Shown one piece after another: positions 29,001 to 42,000 of a DNA stretch of 64,000 nt. A program made the position numbers and the translations under genes. The notes beneath the pieces were generated by a model that saw only the letters and a program-made list of their open reading frames with translations, searched no databases and was not told the origin of the DNA. The stretch is from Balanoglossus misakiensis (taxonomy: Eukaryota > Animalia > Hemichordata): contig CM082579.2 of NCBI GenBank assembly GCA_040954595.2, forward strand, positions 14,608,550-14,672,549, written 5' to 3'. The number at the start of each line of letters is the position of its first letter. The first letter of the stretch is position 1.

Positions 29001-29750
29001 ATGACAAAATTTTCGACTTTGCAAAATCTCAAAATTTCGTCGATTTTGAAAAATATCATAGGTTCGTCGATTTTTAAAAAAAAAACATGGGTGAAAATCA
29101 TCAAAAAATGACAAATTTTTGACTTTGCAAAATCTCACAATTTCGACGATTTTTGAAAAAAATTATAGGTGAAAATCATCAAAAAATGACAAATTTTCGA
29201 CTTTGCAAAATCTCAAAATTTCGTCCATTTTAAAAAAAAACATGGGGGAAAATCCTCAAAAAATGACAAATTTTCGACTTTGCAAAATCTCAAAATTTCG
29301 TCGATTTTGAAAAAAACCATTGGGGGAAAATCATCAAAAAATGACAAATTATCGACTTTGCAAAATCTCACAATTTCGTCGATTTTTGAAAAAAATCATG
29401 GGTGAAAATCATCAAAAAATTACAAATTTTCGACTTTGCAAAATCTCAACATTTCGTCGATTTTTGAAAAAAATCATGGGTGAAAATCATCAAAAAATGA
29501 CAAATTTTCGACTTTGCAAAATCTCAAAATTTCGTCAATTTTTGAAAAAATCATGGGTGAAAATCATAAAAAAATGACAAATTTTCGTCTATGCAAAATC
29601 TCAAAATTTCGTCAATTTTTGAAAAAAAATCATGGGTGAAAATCATCAAAAAATGACACATTTTCGACTTTGCAAAATCTCAAAATTTCGTCGATTTTTG
29701 AAAAAAAATCATGGGTGAAAACCATCAAAAAATGACAAATTTTCGACTTT
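26020..29750 (+). repeat. 1844-bp tandem duplication within the satellite; boundaries approximate
   Basis: ORF pairs at offset 1844: 26193/28037, 26325/28169, 26455/28299, 26642/28486, 26934/28778, 27476/29320. Rare variants (ttcggcgat, aatcctcaa, aattatcga) occur in both copies. Confidence 0.9.
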
Positions 29751-31371
29751 GTAAAATCTCAAAATTTCGTCGATTTTTGAAAAAAATGATGGGTGAAAAT
29801 CATGAAAAAATGACAAATTTTCGACTTTGCAAAATCTCAAAATTTCGTCGATTTTTGAAGAAAATCATGGGTGAAAATCATCAAAAAATGACAAATTTTC
29901 GACTTTGCAAAATCTCAAAATTTCGTCGATTTTTGAAAAAAATCATGGGGGAAAATCATCAAAAAATTACAAATTTTCGACTGCAAAATCTTAAAATTTC
30001 GTCGATTTTTGAAAAAATCATGGGTGAAAATCATGAAAAAATGACAAATTTTCGACTGCAAAATCTGAAAATTTCGTCGATTTTTGAAAAAAAATCATGG
30101 GTGAAAATCATCAAAAATTGACAAATTTTCGACTGCAAAATCTCAAAATTTCGTCAATTTTGAAAAAAATCATGGGTGAAAATCATCAAAAAATGACAAT
30201 TTTTTTACTGCAAAATCTCAAAATTTCGTCCATTTTAGAAAAAAAATCATGGGTAAAAATCATCGAAAATGACAAATTTTCGTCTTTGCAAAATCTCAAA
30301 TTTTCGTCGATTTTTAAAAAAAAATCATGGTTGAAAATCATCAAAAAATGACAAAATTTTCGACTTTGTAAAATCACAAAATTTCGTCGATTTTTGAAAA
30401 AAATCATGGGTGAAAATCATCAAAAAATGACAAATTTTCGACTTTGCAAAATCTCAAAATTTTGCCAATTTTGAAAAAATCATGGGTGAAAATTATCAAA
30501 AAATGACAAATTTTTTACTGCAAAATCTCAAATTTTCGTCGATTTTTTAAAAAAATTGTTGAAAATCATCAAAAAATGACAAATTTTTGACTGCAAAATC
30601 TCAAAATTTCGTCGATTTTTGAAAAAATATCATTGTTGAAAATCATCAAAAAATGACAAATTTTCCTCTTTGCAAAATCTCAAAATTTCGTCGATTTTTG
30701 AAAAAAGACATGGGTGAAAATCATCAAAAAATGACAAATTTTCGACTTTGCAAAATCTCAAAATTTCGTCGATTTTTGAAAAAAAAACGGGTGAAAATCA
30801 TCAAAAAATTACAAATTTTCGACTGCAAAAACTCAAAATTTCGTCAATTTTGAAAAAAATCATGGGTGAAAATCATCAAAAAATGACAAATTTTCCTCTT
30901 TGCAAAATCTATAAATTTCGTCGATTTTTGAAAAATTTTCAACTTTGCAAAATCTCAAAATTTCGTCGATTTTTGAAAAAAATCATGGGGGAAAATCATC
31001 AAAAAATGACAAATTTTCGACTGCAAAATCTCAAAATTTCGTCGATTTTTGAAATAAATCATTGTTGAAAATTATCAAAAAATGACAAATTTTCCTCTGT
31101 GCAAAATCTCAAAATTTCGTCGATTTTTTGAAAAAAGACGGGTGAAAATCATCTAAAAATGACAAATTTTCGACTTTGCAAAATCTCAAAATTTCGTTGA
31201 TTTTTGAAAAAAATCATGGGGGAAAATCATCAAAAAATGACAAATTTTCGACTTTGCAAAATCTCAAAATTTTGCCAATTTTGAAAAAATCATGGGTGAA
31301 AATCATCAAAAAAAAATAGCGTCAAGGACACTGTGGTCCCATTTGAGGACATAGCAAATAAAAACATAGCA

Positions 31372-32540
31372 ATGGATGGCAAGATATGGAAAAGTAGGTC
31401 AAAGGTCACCTGAGGTCATGCAAAATTTGGGCAAGAAATTTTGACCCTATACTGGTCCAAGTTGAACAAAAACCAAACCTATAGCCCTATTGGTTAGCCT
31501 GTAATTAGGTATGCACATAATTAATGAGATATGCAGGTGTCACAGGTGACCCATATTTTGGCTTTTCAATTTTAGTCCCAACCCTCCAAACGCGAAGTCT
31601 GTATCTGCTCTGGATGCCAAGATATGATAAAGTAGGTCAAAGGTCACCTGAGGTCATGCAAAATTTGGGCAAGAAATTTTGACCTTATACTGGTCCATGT
31701 TCAATAAAAACCAAACCTATAGCCTTATTGGTTAGCCTAGGATTAGGTATGCACATAATTAATGAGATATGCAGGTGTCACAGGTGACCCCCAATTTTGG
31801 CTTTTCAATTTTAGTGCCAACCCTCCAAACGCCAAGTCTGTACCTCCTCTAGATGCCAAGATTTGGTAAAGTAGGTCAAAGGTCACCTAAGGTCATGCAA
31901 AATTTGGGCAAGAAATTTTGACCCTATACTGGTCCATGTTCAACAAAAACCAAACCTATAGCCTTATTGGTTAGCCTGGAATTAGGTATGCACATAATTA
32001 ATGAGATATGCAGGTGTCACAGGTGACCCTCAATTTTGGCTTCTCAATTTTAGTGCTAATCCTCCAAACGCCAAGTCTGTACCTGCTCTGGATGCCAAGA
32101 TATGGAAAAGTAGGTCAAAGGTCACCTGAGGTCATGCAAAATTTGGGCAAGAAATTTTGACCCTATACTGGTCCATGTTCAACAAAAACCAAACCTATAG
32201 CCCTATTGGTTAGCCTGGAATTAGGTATGCACATAATTAATGAGATATGCAGGTGTCACAGGTGACCCATATTTTGGCTTTTCAATTTTAGTCCCAACCC
32301 TCCAAACGCCAAGTCTGTACCTGCTCTGGATGCCCAGATATAGGAAAGTAGGTCAAAGGTCACCTGAGGTCACCCAAAATTTGGGCAAGAAATTTTGACC
32401 CTATACTGGTCCATGTCCCACAAGAACGAAACCTCTAGCCCTATTAATTAGCCCGGAATTAGGTATGCACATAATTAATGTGTTAAGCAGGTGTTACAGG
32501 TGAGCCCAAAAATTTGCCTTTTATTTTGGCCCCATTGTGC
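31372..32540. repeat. Central tandem repeat of 238-239 bp, about 5 copies
   Basis: Marker agtaggtcaaaggtcacc at 31393, 31631, 31870, 32109 and 32347. Confidence 0.95.
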
Positions 32541-32940
32541 TCACTGGCCAATAGACAGTCACTGTACAGGACTATTGCAAAGACCAGAATTCCACAATAA
32601 GACGTGGACATAGCTTAACCATAGAGGTATAAGTAAAGGTATAAATTTAATAAAAAGACTAAAAAATTCATAAAAAATAAAACATCCATGATATCAACTT
32701 AACACTTACAGGTCGGTGTGAGGTTGACATAAGGTACATACATATCAATTTTCAAAGCAATCTGACCAGTAATTGTTGACTTACAGAGTTTTGATCAATT
32801 TCACATTTTACAAGCTAATTTGCATATTTTTGGGCCTAGCAACTTCGTTTGGACAAACTCCCATCTACAGCCCAGCCTGCACCTACACACCAAATATTGA
32901 GGTGATACGCGCAGCGGTTTTCAAGTTTTTGATGTGGACG

Positions 32941-33021
32941 GACATACAGACATACATCCATACATCCATACATCCATACATCCATACATCCATACATCCA
33001 TCCATCCATACATACATACAG
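32941..33021. repeat. (CATA/CATC)n microsatellite inside the HINE
   Basis: gacatacagacatacatccatacatccatacatcc...catacatacag. Confidence 0.95.
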
Positions 33022-33075
33022 ACGCAACCCATCCCATAAGGTCCCATGGTATATAGGCCTATACCAATGGGACCT

Positions 33076-36000
33076 AATGACAATTTTTTTACTGCAAAAT
33101 CTCAAATTTTCGTCGATTTTTTAAAAAAATTGTTGAAAATCATCAAAAAATGACAAATTTTTGACTGCAAAATCTCAAAATTTCGTCGATTTTTGAAAAA
33201 ATATCATTGTTGAAAATCATCAAAAAATGACAAATTTTCCTCTTTGCAAAATCTCAAAATTTCGTCGATTTTTGAAAAAAGACATGGGTGAAAATCATCA
33301 AAAAATGACAAATTTTCGACTTTGCAAAATCTCAAAATTTCGTCGATTTTTGAAAAAATCATGGGTGAAAATCATGAAAAAATGACAAATTTTCGACTTT
33401 GCAAAATCTGAAAATTTCGTCGATTTTTGAAAAAAATCATGGGGGAAAATGATCAAAAAATGACAAATTTTCGACTGCAAAATCTCAAAATTTCGTCAAT
33501 TTTGAAAAAAATCATGGTCGAAAATCATCAAATAATGACAATTTTTTTACTGCAAAATCTCAAAATTTCATCGATTTTTGAAAAAAATCATGAGTGAAAA
33601 TCATCAAAAAATGACAAATTTTCGACTTTGCAAAATCTCAAAATTTCGTCGATTTTTGAAGAAAATCAAGGGTGAAAATCATCAAAAAATGACAAATTTT
33701 CGACTTTGCAAAATCGCAAAATTTCGTCGATTTTTGAAAAAAATCATGGGGAAAATGATCAAAAAATGACAAATTTTCGACTGCAAAATTTCAAAATTTC
33801 GTCAATTTTGAAAAAATCATGGGTGAAAATCATCAAAAAATGACAAATTTTCGACTGCAAAATCTCAAAATTTCGTCGATTTTTGAAAAAAAAACGGGTG
33901 AAAATCATCAAAAAATTACAAATTTTCGACTGCAAAAACTCAAAATTTCGTCAATTTTGAAAAAAATCATGGGTGAAAATCATCAAAAAATGACAAATTT
34001 TCCTCTTTGCAAAATCTATAAATTTCGTCGATTTTTGAAAAATTTTCAACTTTGCAAAATCTCAAAATTTCGTCGATTTTTGAAAAAAATCATGGGGGAA
34101 AATCATCAAAAAATGACAAATTTTCGACTGCAAAATCTCAAATTTCGTCGATTTTTGAAAAAATATCATTGTTGAAAATCATCAAAAAATGACAAATTTT
34201 CCTCTTTGCAAAATCTCAAAATTTCGTCGATTTTTGAAAAAAGACATGGGTGAAAATCATCAAAAAATGACAAATTTTCGACTTTGCAAAATCTCAAAAT
34301 TTCGTCGATTTTTGAAAAAATCATGGGTGAAAATCATGAAAAAATGACAAATTTTCGACTTTGCAAAATCTGAAAATTTCGTCGATTTTTGAAAAAAATC
34401 ATGGGGGAAAATGATCAAAAAATGACAAATTTTCGACTGCAAAATCTCAAAATTTCGTCAATTTTGAAAAAAATCATGGTCGAAAATCATCAAATAATGA
34501 CAATTTTTTTACTGCAAAATCTCAAAATTTCATCGATTTTTGAAAAAAATCATGAGTGAAAATCATCAAAAAATGACAAATTTTCGACTTTGCAAAATCT
34601 CAAAATTTCGTCGATTTTTGAAGAAAATCAAGGGTGAAAATCATCAAAAAATGACAAATTTTCGACTTTGCAAAATCGCAAAATTTCGTCGATTTTTGAA
34701 AAAAATCATGGGGAAAATGATCAAAAAATGACAAATTTTCGACTGCAAAATTTCAAAATTTCGTCAATTTTGAAAAAATCATGGGTGAAAATCATCAAAA
34801 AATGACAAATTTTCGACTGCAAAATCTCAAAATTTCGTCGATTTTTGAAAAAAAAACGGGTGAAAATCATCAAAAAATTACAAATTTTCGACTGCAAAAA
34901 CTCAAAATTTCGTCAATTTTGAAAAAAATCATGGGTGAAAATCATCAAAAAATGACAAATTTTCCTCTTTGCAAAATCTATAAATTTCGTCGATTTTTGA
35001 AAAATTTTCAACTTTGCAAAATCTCAAAATTTCGTCGATTTTTGAAAAAAATCATGGGGGAAAATCATCAAAAAATGACAAATTTTCGACTGCAAAATCT
35101 CAAAATTTCGTCGATTTTTGAAATAAATCATTGTTGAAAATTATCAAAAAATGACAAATTTTCCTCTTTGCAAAATCTCAAAATTTCGTCGATTTTTTGA
35201 AAAAAGACGGGTGAAAATCATCTAAAAATGACAAATTTTCGACTTTGCAAAATCTCAAAATTTCGTTGATTTTTGAAAAAAATCATGGGGGAAAATCATC
35301 AAAAAATGACAAATTAACGACTTTGCAAAATCTCAAAATTTCGTCGATTTTTGAAAAAAATCATGGGTGAAAATCAACAAAAAATGACAAATTTTCGACT
35401 TTGCAAAATCTCAAAATTTCGTCGATTTTTGAAGAAAATCATGGGTGAAAATCATCAAAAAATGACAAATTTTCGACTTTGCAAAATCTCAATATTTCGT
35501 CGATTTTTGAAAAAAATCATGGGTGAAAATCATCAAAAAATTACAAATTTTCGACTGCAAAATCTCAAAATTTCGTCGATTTTTGAAAAAATCATGGGTG
35601 AAAATCATGAAAAAATGACAAATTTTCGACTTTGCAAAATCTGAAAATTTCGTCGATTTTTGAAAAAAATCATGGGGGAAAATCATCAAAAAATGACAAA
35701 TTTTCGACTTTGCAAAATCTCAAAATTTCGTCGATTTTTGAAAAAAATCATGGGGAAAATGATCAAAAAAAGACAAATTTTCGACTGCAAAATTTCAAAA
35801 TTTCGTCAATTTTGAAAAAATCATGGGTGAAAATCATCAAAAAATGACAAATTTTCGACTGCAAAATCTCAAAATTTCGTCGATTTTTGAAAAAAAAAAC
35901 GGGTGAAAATCATCAAAAAATGACAAATTTTCGACTGCAGAAACTCAAAATTTCGTCAATTTTGAAAAAAATCATGGGTGAAAATCATCAAAAAATGACA

Positions 36001-39000
36001 AATTTTCCTCTTTGCAAAATCTATAAATTTCGTCGATTTTTGAAAAATTTTCAACTTTGCAAAATCTCAAAATTTCGTCGATTTTTGAAAAAAATCATGG
36101 GGGAAAATCATCAAAAAATGACAAATTTTCGACTGCAAAATCTCAAAATTTCGTCAATTTTTGAAATAAATCATTGTTGAAAATTATCAAAAAATGACAA
36201 ATTTTCCTCTTTACAAAATCACAAAATTTCGTCGATTTTTTGAAAAAAGACGGGTGAAAATCATCTAAAAATGACAAATTTTCGACTTTGCAAAATCTCA
36301 AAATTTCGTTGATTTTTGAAAAAAATCATGGGTGAAAATCATCAAAAAATTACAAATTTTCGACTGCAAAATCTCAAAATTTCGTCGATTTTTGAAAAAA
36401 TCATGGGTGAAAATCATGAAAAAATGACAAATTTTCGACTTTGCAAAATCTGAAAATTTCGTCGATTTTTGAAAAAAATCATGGGGGAAAATCATCAAAA
36501 AATGACAAATTTTCGACTTTGCAAAATCTCAAAATTTCGTCGATTTTTGAAAAAAATCATGGGGAAAATGATCAAAAAAAGACAAATTTTCGACTGCAAA
36601 ATTTCAAAATTTCGTCAATTTTGAAAAAATCATGGGTGAAAATCATCAAAAAATGACAAATTTTCGACTGCAAAATCTCAAAATTTCGTCGATTTTTGAA
36701 AAAAAAAACGGGTGAAAATCATCAAAAAATGACAAATTTTCGACTGCAGAAACTCAAAATTTCGTCAATTTTGAAAAAAATCATGGGTGAAAATCATCAA
36801 AAAATGACAAATTTTCCTCTTTGCAAAATCTATAAATTTCGTCGATTTTTGAAAAATTTTCAACTTTGCAAAATCTCAAAATTTCGTCGATTTTTGAAAA
36901 AAATCATGGGGGAAAATCATCAAAAAATGACAAATTTTCGACTGCAAAATCTCAAAATTTCGTCAATTTTTGAAATAAATCATTGTTGAAAATTATCAAA
37001 AAATGACAAATTTTCCTCTTTACAAAATCACAAAATTTCGTCGATTTTTTGAAAAAAGACGGGTGAAAATCATCTAAAAATGACAAATTTTCGACTTTGC
37101 AAAATCTCAAAATTTCGTTGATTTTTGAAAAAAATCATGGGGGAAAATCATCAAAAAATTACAAATTTACGACTACAAAATCTCAAAATTTCGTCGATTT
37201 GTGAAAAAAAATCATGGGTGAAAATCATCAAAAAATGACAAATTTTCGACTTTGCAAAATCTCAAAATTTTGCCAATTTTGAAAAAATCATGGGTGAAAA
37301 TAATCAAAAAATGACAAATTTTTTACTGCAAAATCTCAAATTTTCGTCGATTTTTTAAAAAAATTGTTGAAAATCATCAAAAAATGACAAATTTTTGACT
37401 GCAAAATCTCAAAATTTCGTCGATTTTTGAAAAAATATCATTGTTGAAAATCATCAAAAAATGACAAATTTTCCTCTTTGCAAAATCTCAAAATTTCGTC
37501 GATTTTTGAAAAAAGACATGGGTGAAAATCATCAAAAAATGACAAATTTTCGACTTTGCAAAATCTCAAAATTTCGTCGATTTTTGAAAAAATCATGGGT
37601 GAAAATCATGAAAAAATGACAAATTTTCGACTTTGCAAAATCTGAAAATTTCGTCGATTTTTGAAAAAAATCATGGGGGAAAATGATCAAAAAATGACAA
37701 CTTTTCGACTGCAAAATCTCAAAATTTCGTCAATTTTGAAAAAAATCATGGTCGAAAATCATCAAAAAATGACAAATTTTAGACTTTGCAAAATCTCAAA
37801 ATTTCGTCGATTTTTGAAAAAAAATCATGGAGGAAAATCATTAAAAAATGACAAATTTACGACTGCAAAATCTCAAAATTTCGTCGATTTGTGAAAAAAA
37901 ATCATGGGTGAAAATCATCAAAAAATGACAAATTTTCGACTGCAAAAACTCAAAATTTCGTCAATTTTGAAAAAAATCATGGGGAAAATGATCAAAAAAT
38001 GACAAATTTTCGACTGCAAAATTTCAAAATTTCGTCAATTTTGAAAAAATCATGGGTGAAAATCATCAAAAAATGACAAATTTTCGACTGCAAAATCTCA
38101 AAATTTCGTCGATTTTTGAAAAAAAAACGGGTGAAAATCATCAAAAAATTACAAATTTTCGACTGCAAAAACTCAAAATTTCGTCAATTTTGAAAAAAAT
38201 CATGGGTGAAAATCATCAAAAAATGACAAATTTTCCTCTTTGCAAAATCTATAAATTTCGTCGATTTTTGAAAAATTTTCAACTTTGCAAAATCTCAAAA
38301 TTTCGTCGATTTTTGAAAAAAATCATGGGGGAAAATCATCAAAAAATGACAAATTTTCGACTGCAAAATCTCAAAATTTCGTCGATTTTTGAAATAAATC
38401 ATTGTTGAAAATTATCAAAAAATGACAAATTTTCCTCTTTGCAAAATCTCAAAATTTCGTCGATTTTTTGAAAAAAGACGGGTGAAAATCATCTAAAAAT
38501 GACAAATTTTCGACTTTGCAAAATCTCAAAATTTCGTTGATTTTTGAAAAAAATCATGGGGGAAAATCATCAAAAAATGACAAATTAACGACTACAAAAT
38601 CTCAAAATTTCGTCGATTTGTGAAAAAAAATCATGGGTGAAAATCATCAAAAAATGACAAATTTTCGACTTTGCAAAATCTCAAAATTTTGCCAATTTTG
38701 AAAAAATCATGGGTGAAAATCATCAAAAAATGACAAATTTTTTACTGCAAAATCTCAAATTTTCGTCGATTTTTTAAAAAAATTGTTGAAAATCATCAAA
38801 AAATGACAAATTTTTGACTGCAAAATCTCAAAATTTCGTCGATTTTTGAAAAAAAATCATTGTTGAAAATCATCAAAAAATGACAAATTTTCCTCTTTGC
38901 AAAATCTCAAAATTTCGTCGATTTTTGAAAAAAGACATGGGTGAAAATCATCAAAAAATGACAAATTTTAGACTTTGCAAAATCTCAAAATTTCGTCGAT

Positions 39001-42000
39001 TTTTGAAAAAAAATCATGGAGGAAAATCATTAAAAAATGACAAATTTACGACTGCAAAATCTCAAAATTTCGTCGATTTGTGAAAAAAAATCATGGGTGA
39101 AAATCATCAAAAAATGACAAATTTTCGACTGCAAAAACTCAAAATTTCGTCAATTTTGAAAAAAATCATGGGGAAAATGATCAAAAAATGACAAATTTTC
39201 GACTGCAAAATTTCAAAATTTCGTCAATTTTGAAAAAATCATGGGTGAAAATCATCAAAAAATGACAAATTTTCGACTGCAAAATCTCAAAATTTCGTCG
39301 ATTTTTGAAAAAAAAACGGGTGAAAATCATCAAAAAATTACAAATTTTCGACTGCAAAAACTCAAAATTTCGTCAATTTTGAAAAAAATCATGGGTGAAA
39401 ATCATCAAATAATGACAAATTTTCCTCTTTGCAAAATCTATAAATTTCGTCGATTTTTGAAAAATTTTCAACTTTGCAAAATCTCAAAATTTCGTCGATT
39501 TTTGAAAAAAATCATGGGGGAAAATCATCAAAAAATGACAAATTTTCGACTGCAAAATCTCAAAATTTCGTCGATTTTTGAAATAAATCATTGTTGAAAA
39601 TTATCAAAAAATGACAAATTTTCCTCTTTGCAAAATCTCAAAATTTCGTCGATTTTTTGAAAAAAGACGGGTGAAAATCATCTAAAAATGACAAATTTTC
39701 GACTTTGCAAAATCTCAAAATTTCGTTGATTTTTGAAAAAAATCATGGGGGAAAATCATCAAAAAATGACAAATTAACGACTACAAAATCTCAAAATTTC
39801 GTCGATTTGTGAAAAAAAATCATGGGTGAAAATCATCAAAAAATGACAAATTTTCGACTTTGCAAAATCTCAAAATGTTGCCAATTTTGAAAAAATCATG
39901 GGTGAAAATCATCAAAAAATGACAAATTTTTTACTGCAAAATCTCAAATTTTCGTCGATTTTTTAAAAAAATTGTTGAAAATCATCAAAAAATGACAAAT
40001 TTTTGACTGCAAAATCTCAAAATTTCGTCGATTTTTGAAAAAAAATCATTGTTGAAAATCATCAAAAAATGACAAATTTTCCTCTTTGCAAAATCTCAAA
40101 ATTTCGTCGATTTTTGAAAAAAGACATGGGTGAAAATCATCAAAAAATGACAAATTTTAGACTTTGCAAAATCTCAAAATTTCGTCGATTTTTGAAAAAA
40201 AATCATGGAGGAAAATCATTAAAAAATGACAAATTTACGACTGCAAAATCTCAAAATTTCGTCGATTTGTGAAAAAAAATCATGGGTGAAAATCATCAAA
40301 AAATGACAAATTTTCGACTGCAAAAACTCAAAATTTCGTCAATTTTGAAAAAAATCATGGGTGAAAATCATCAAAAAATGACAAATTTTCCTCTTTGCAA
40401 AATCTATAAATTTCGTCGATTTTTGAAAAATTTTCAACTTTGCAAAATCTCAAAATTTCGTCGATTTTTGAAAAAAATCATGGGGGAAAATCATCAAAAA
40501 ATGACAAATTTTCGACTGCAAAATCTCAAAATTTCGTCGATTTTTGAAATAAATCATTGTTGAAAATTATCAAAAAATGACAAATTTTCCTCTTTACAAA
40601 ATCACAAAATTTCGTCGATTTTTTTAAAAAAGACGGGTGAAAATCATCTAAAAATGACAAATTTTCGACTTTGCAAAATCTCAAAATTTCGTTGATTTTT
40701 GAAAAAAATCATGGGGGAAAATCATCAAAAAATGACAAATTTACGACTACAAAATCTCAAAATTTCGTCGATTTGTGAAAAAAAATCATGGGTGAAAATC
40801 ATCAAAAAATGACAAATTTTCGACTTTGCAAAATCTCAAAATTTTGCCAATTTTGAAAAAATCATGGGTGAAAATCATCAAAAAATGACAAATTTTTTAC
40901 TGCAAAATCTCAAATTTTCGTCGATTTTTTAAAAAAATTGTTGAAAATCATCAAAAAATGACAAATTTTTGACTGCAAAATCTCAAAATTTCGTCGATTT
41001 TTGAAAAAATATCATTGTTGAAAATCATCAAAAAATGACAAATTTTCGACTTTGCAAAATCTCAAAATTTCGTTGATTTTTGAAAAAAATCATGGGGGAA
41101 AATCATCAAAAAATTACAAATTTACGACTACAAAATCTCAAAATTTCGTCGATTTGTGAAAAAAAATCATGGATGAAAATCATCAAAAAATGACAAATTT
41201 TCGACTTTGCAAAATCTCAAAATTTTGCCAATTTTGAAAAAATCATGGGTGAAAATAATCAAAAAATGACAAATTTTTTACTGCAAAATCTCAAATTTTC
41301 GTCGATTTTTTAAAAAAATTGTTGAAAATCATCAAAAAATGACAAATTTTTGACTGCAAAATCTCAAAATTTCGTCGATTTTTTGAAAAAATATCATTGT
41401 TGAAAATCATCAAAAAATGACAAATTTTCCTCTTTGCAAAATCTCAAAATTTCGTCGATTTTTGAAAAAAGACATGGGTGAAAATCATCAAAAAATGACA
41501 AATTTTCGACTTTGCAAAATCTCAAAATTTCGTCGATTTTTGAAAAAATCATGGGTGAAAATCATGAAAAAATGACAAATTTTCGACTTTGCAAAATCTG
41601 AAAATTTCGTCGATTTTTGAAAAAAAATCATGGGGGAAAATGATCAAAAAATGACAAATTTTCGACTGCAAAATCTCAAAATTTCGTCAATTTTGAAAAA
41701 AATCATGGTCGAAAATCATCAAATAATGACAATTTTTTTACTGCAAAATCTCAAAATTTTATCGATTTTTGAAAAAAATCATGAGTGAAAATCATCAAAA
41801 AATGACAAATTTTCGACTTTGCAAAATCTCAAAATTTCGTCGATTTTTGAAGAAAATCAAGGGTGAAAATCATCAAAAAATGACAAATTTTCGACTTTGC
41901 AAAATCTCAAAATTTCGTCGATTTTTGAAAAAAATCATGGGGAAAATGATCAAAAAATGACAAATTTTCGACTGCAAAATTTCAAAATTTCGTCAATTTT

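Larger units (their letters stand above)
2249..31311 (+). repeat. 78-bp AT-rich satellite array, left block
   Basis: Head-to-tail monomer gggtgaaaatcatcaaaaaatgacaaattttcgactttgcaaaatctcaaaatttcgtcgatttttgaaaaaaatcat. The 78-bp length shows as the 26-aa period MGENHQKMTNFRLCKISKFRRFLKKI in the ORF track. One orientation throughout. Confidence 0.99.
31312..33075 (-). mobile_element. Complete non-autonomous Helentron-associated element (HINE / DINE-1-like) inserted in the satellite
   Basis: Short stem-loop agcgtc-aag-gacact (31318-31332); subTIR ggtcccatt (31335-31343) inverted at aatgggacc (33066-33074); terminal palindrome aggtcccatggtatataggcctataccaatgggacct (33039-33075); (CATA/CATC)n microsatellite; central ~239-bp tandem repeats; sits in an A run (TT on minus strand) with no clear TSD. 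Confidence 0.88.

Noticed and set aside
32773-33105. ORFs with HTSI / MYGCMDVW repeats
   Set aside because: Translations of the CATA/CATC microsatellite.
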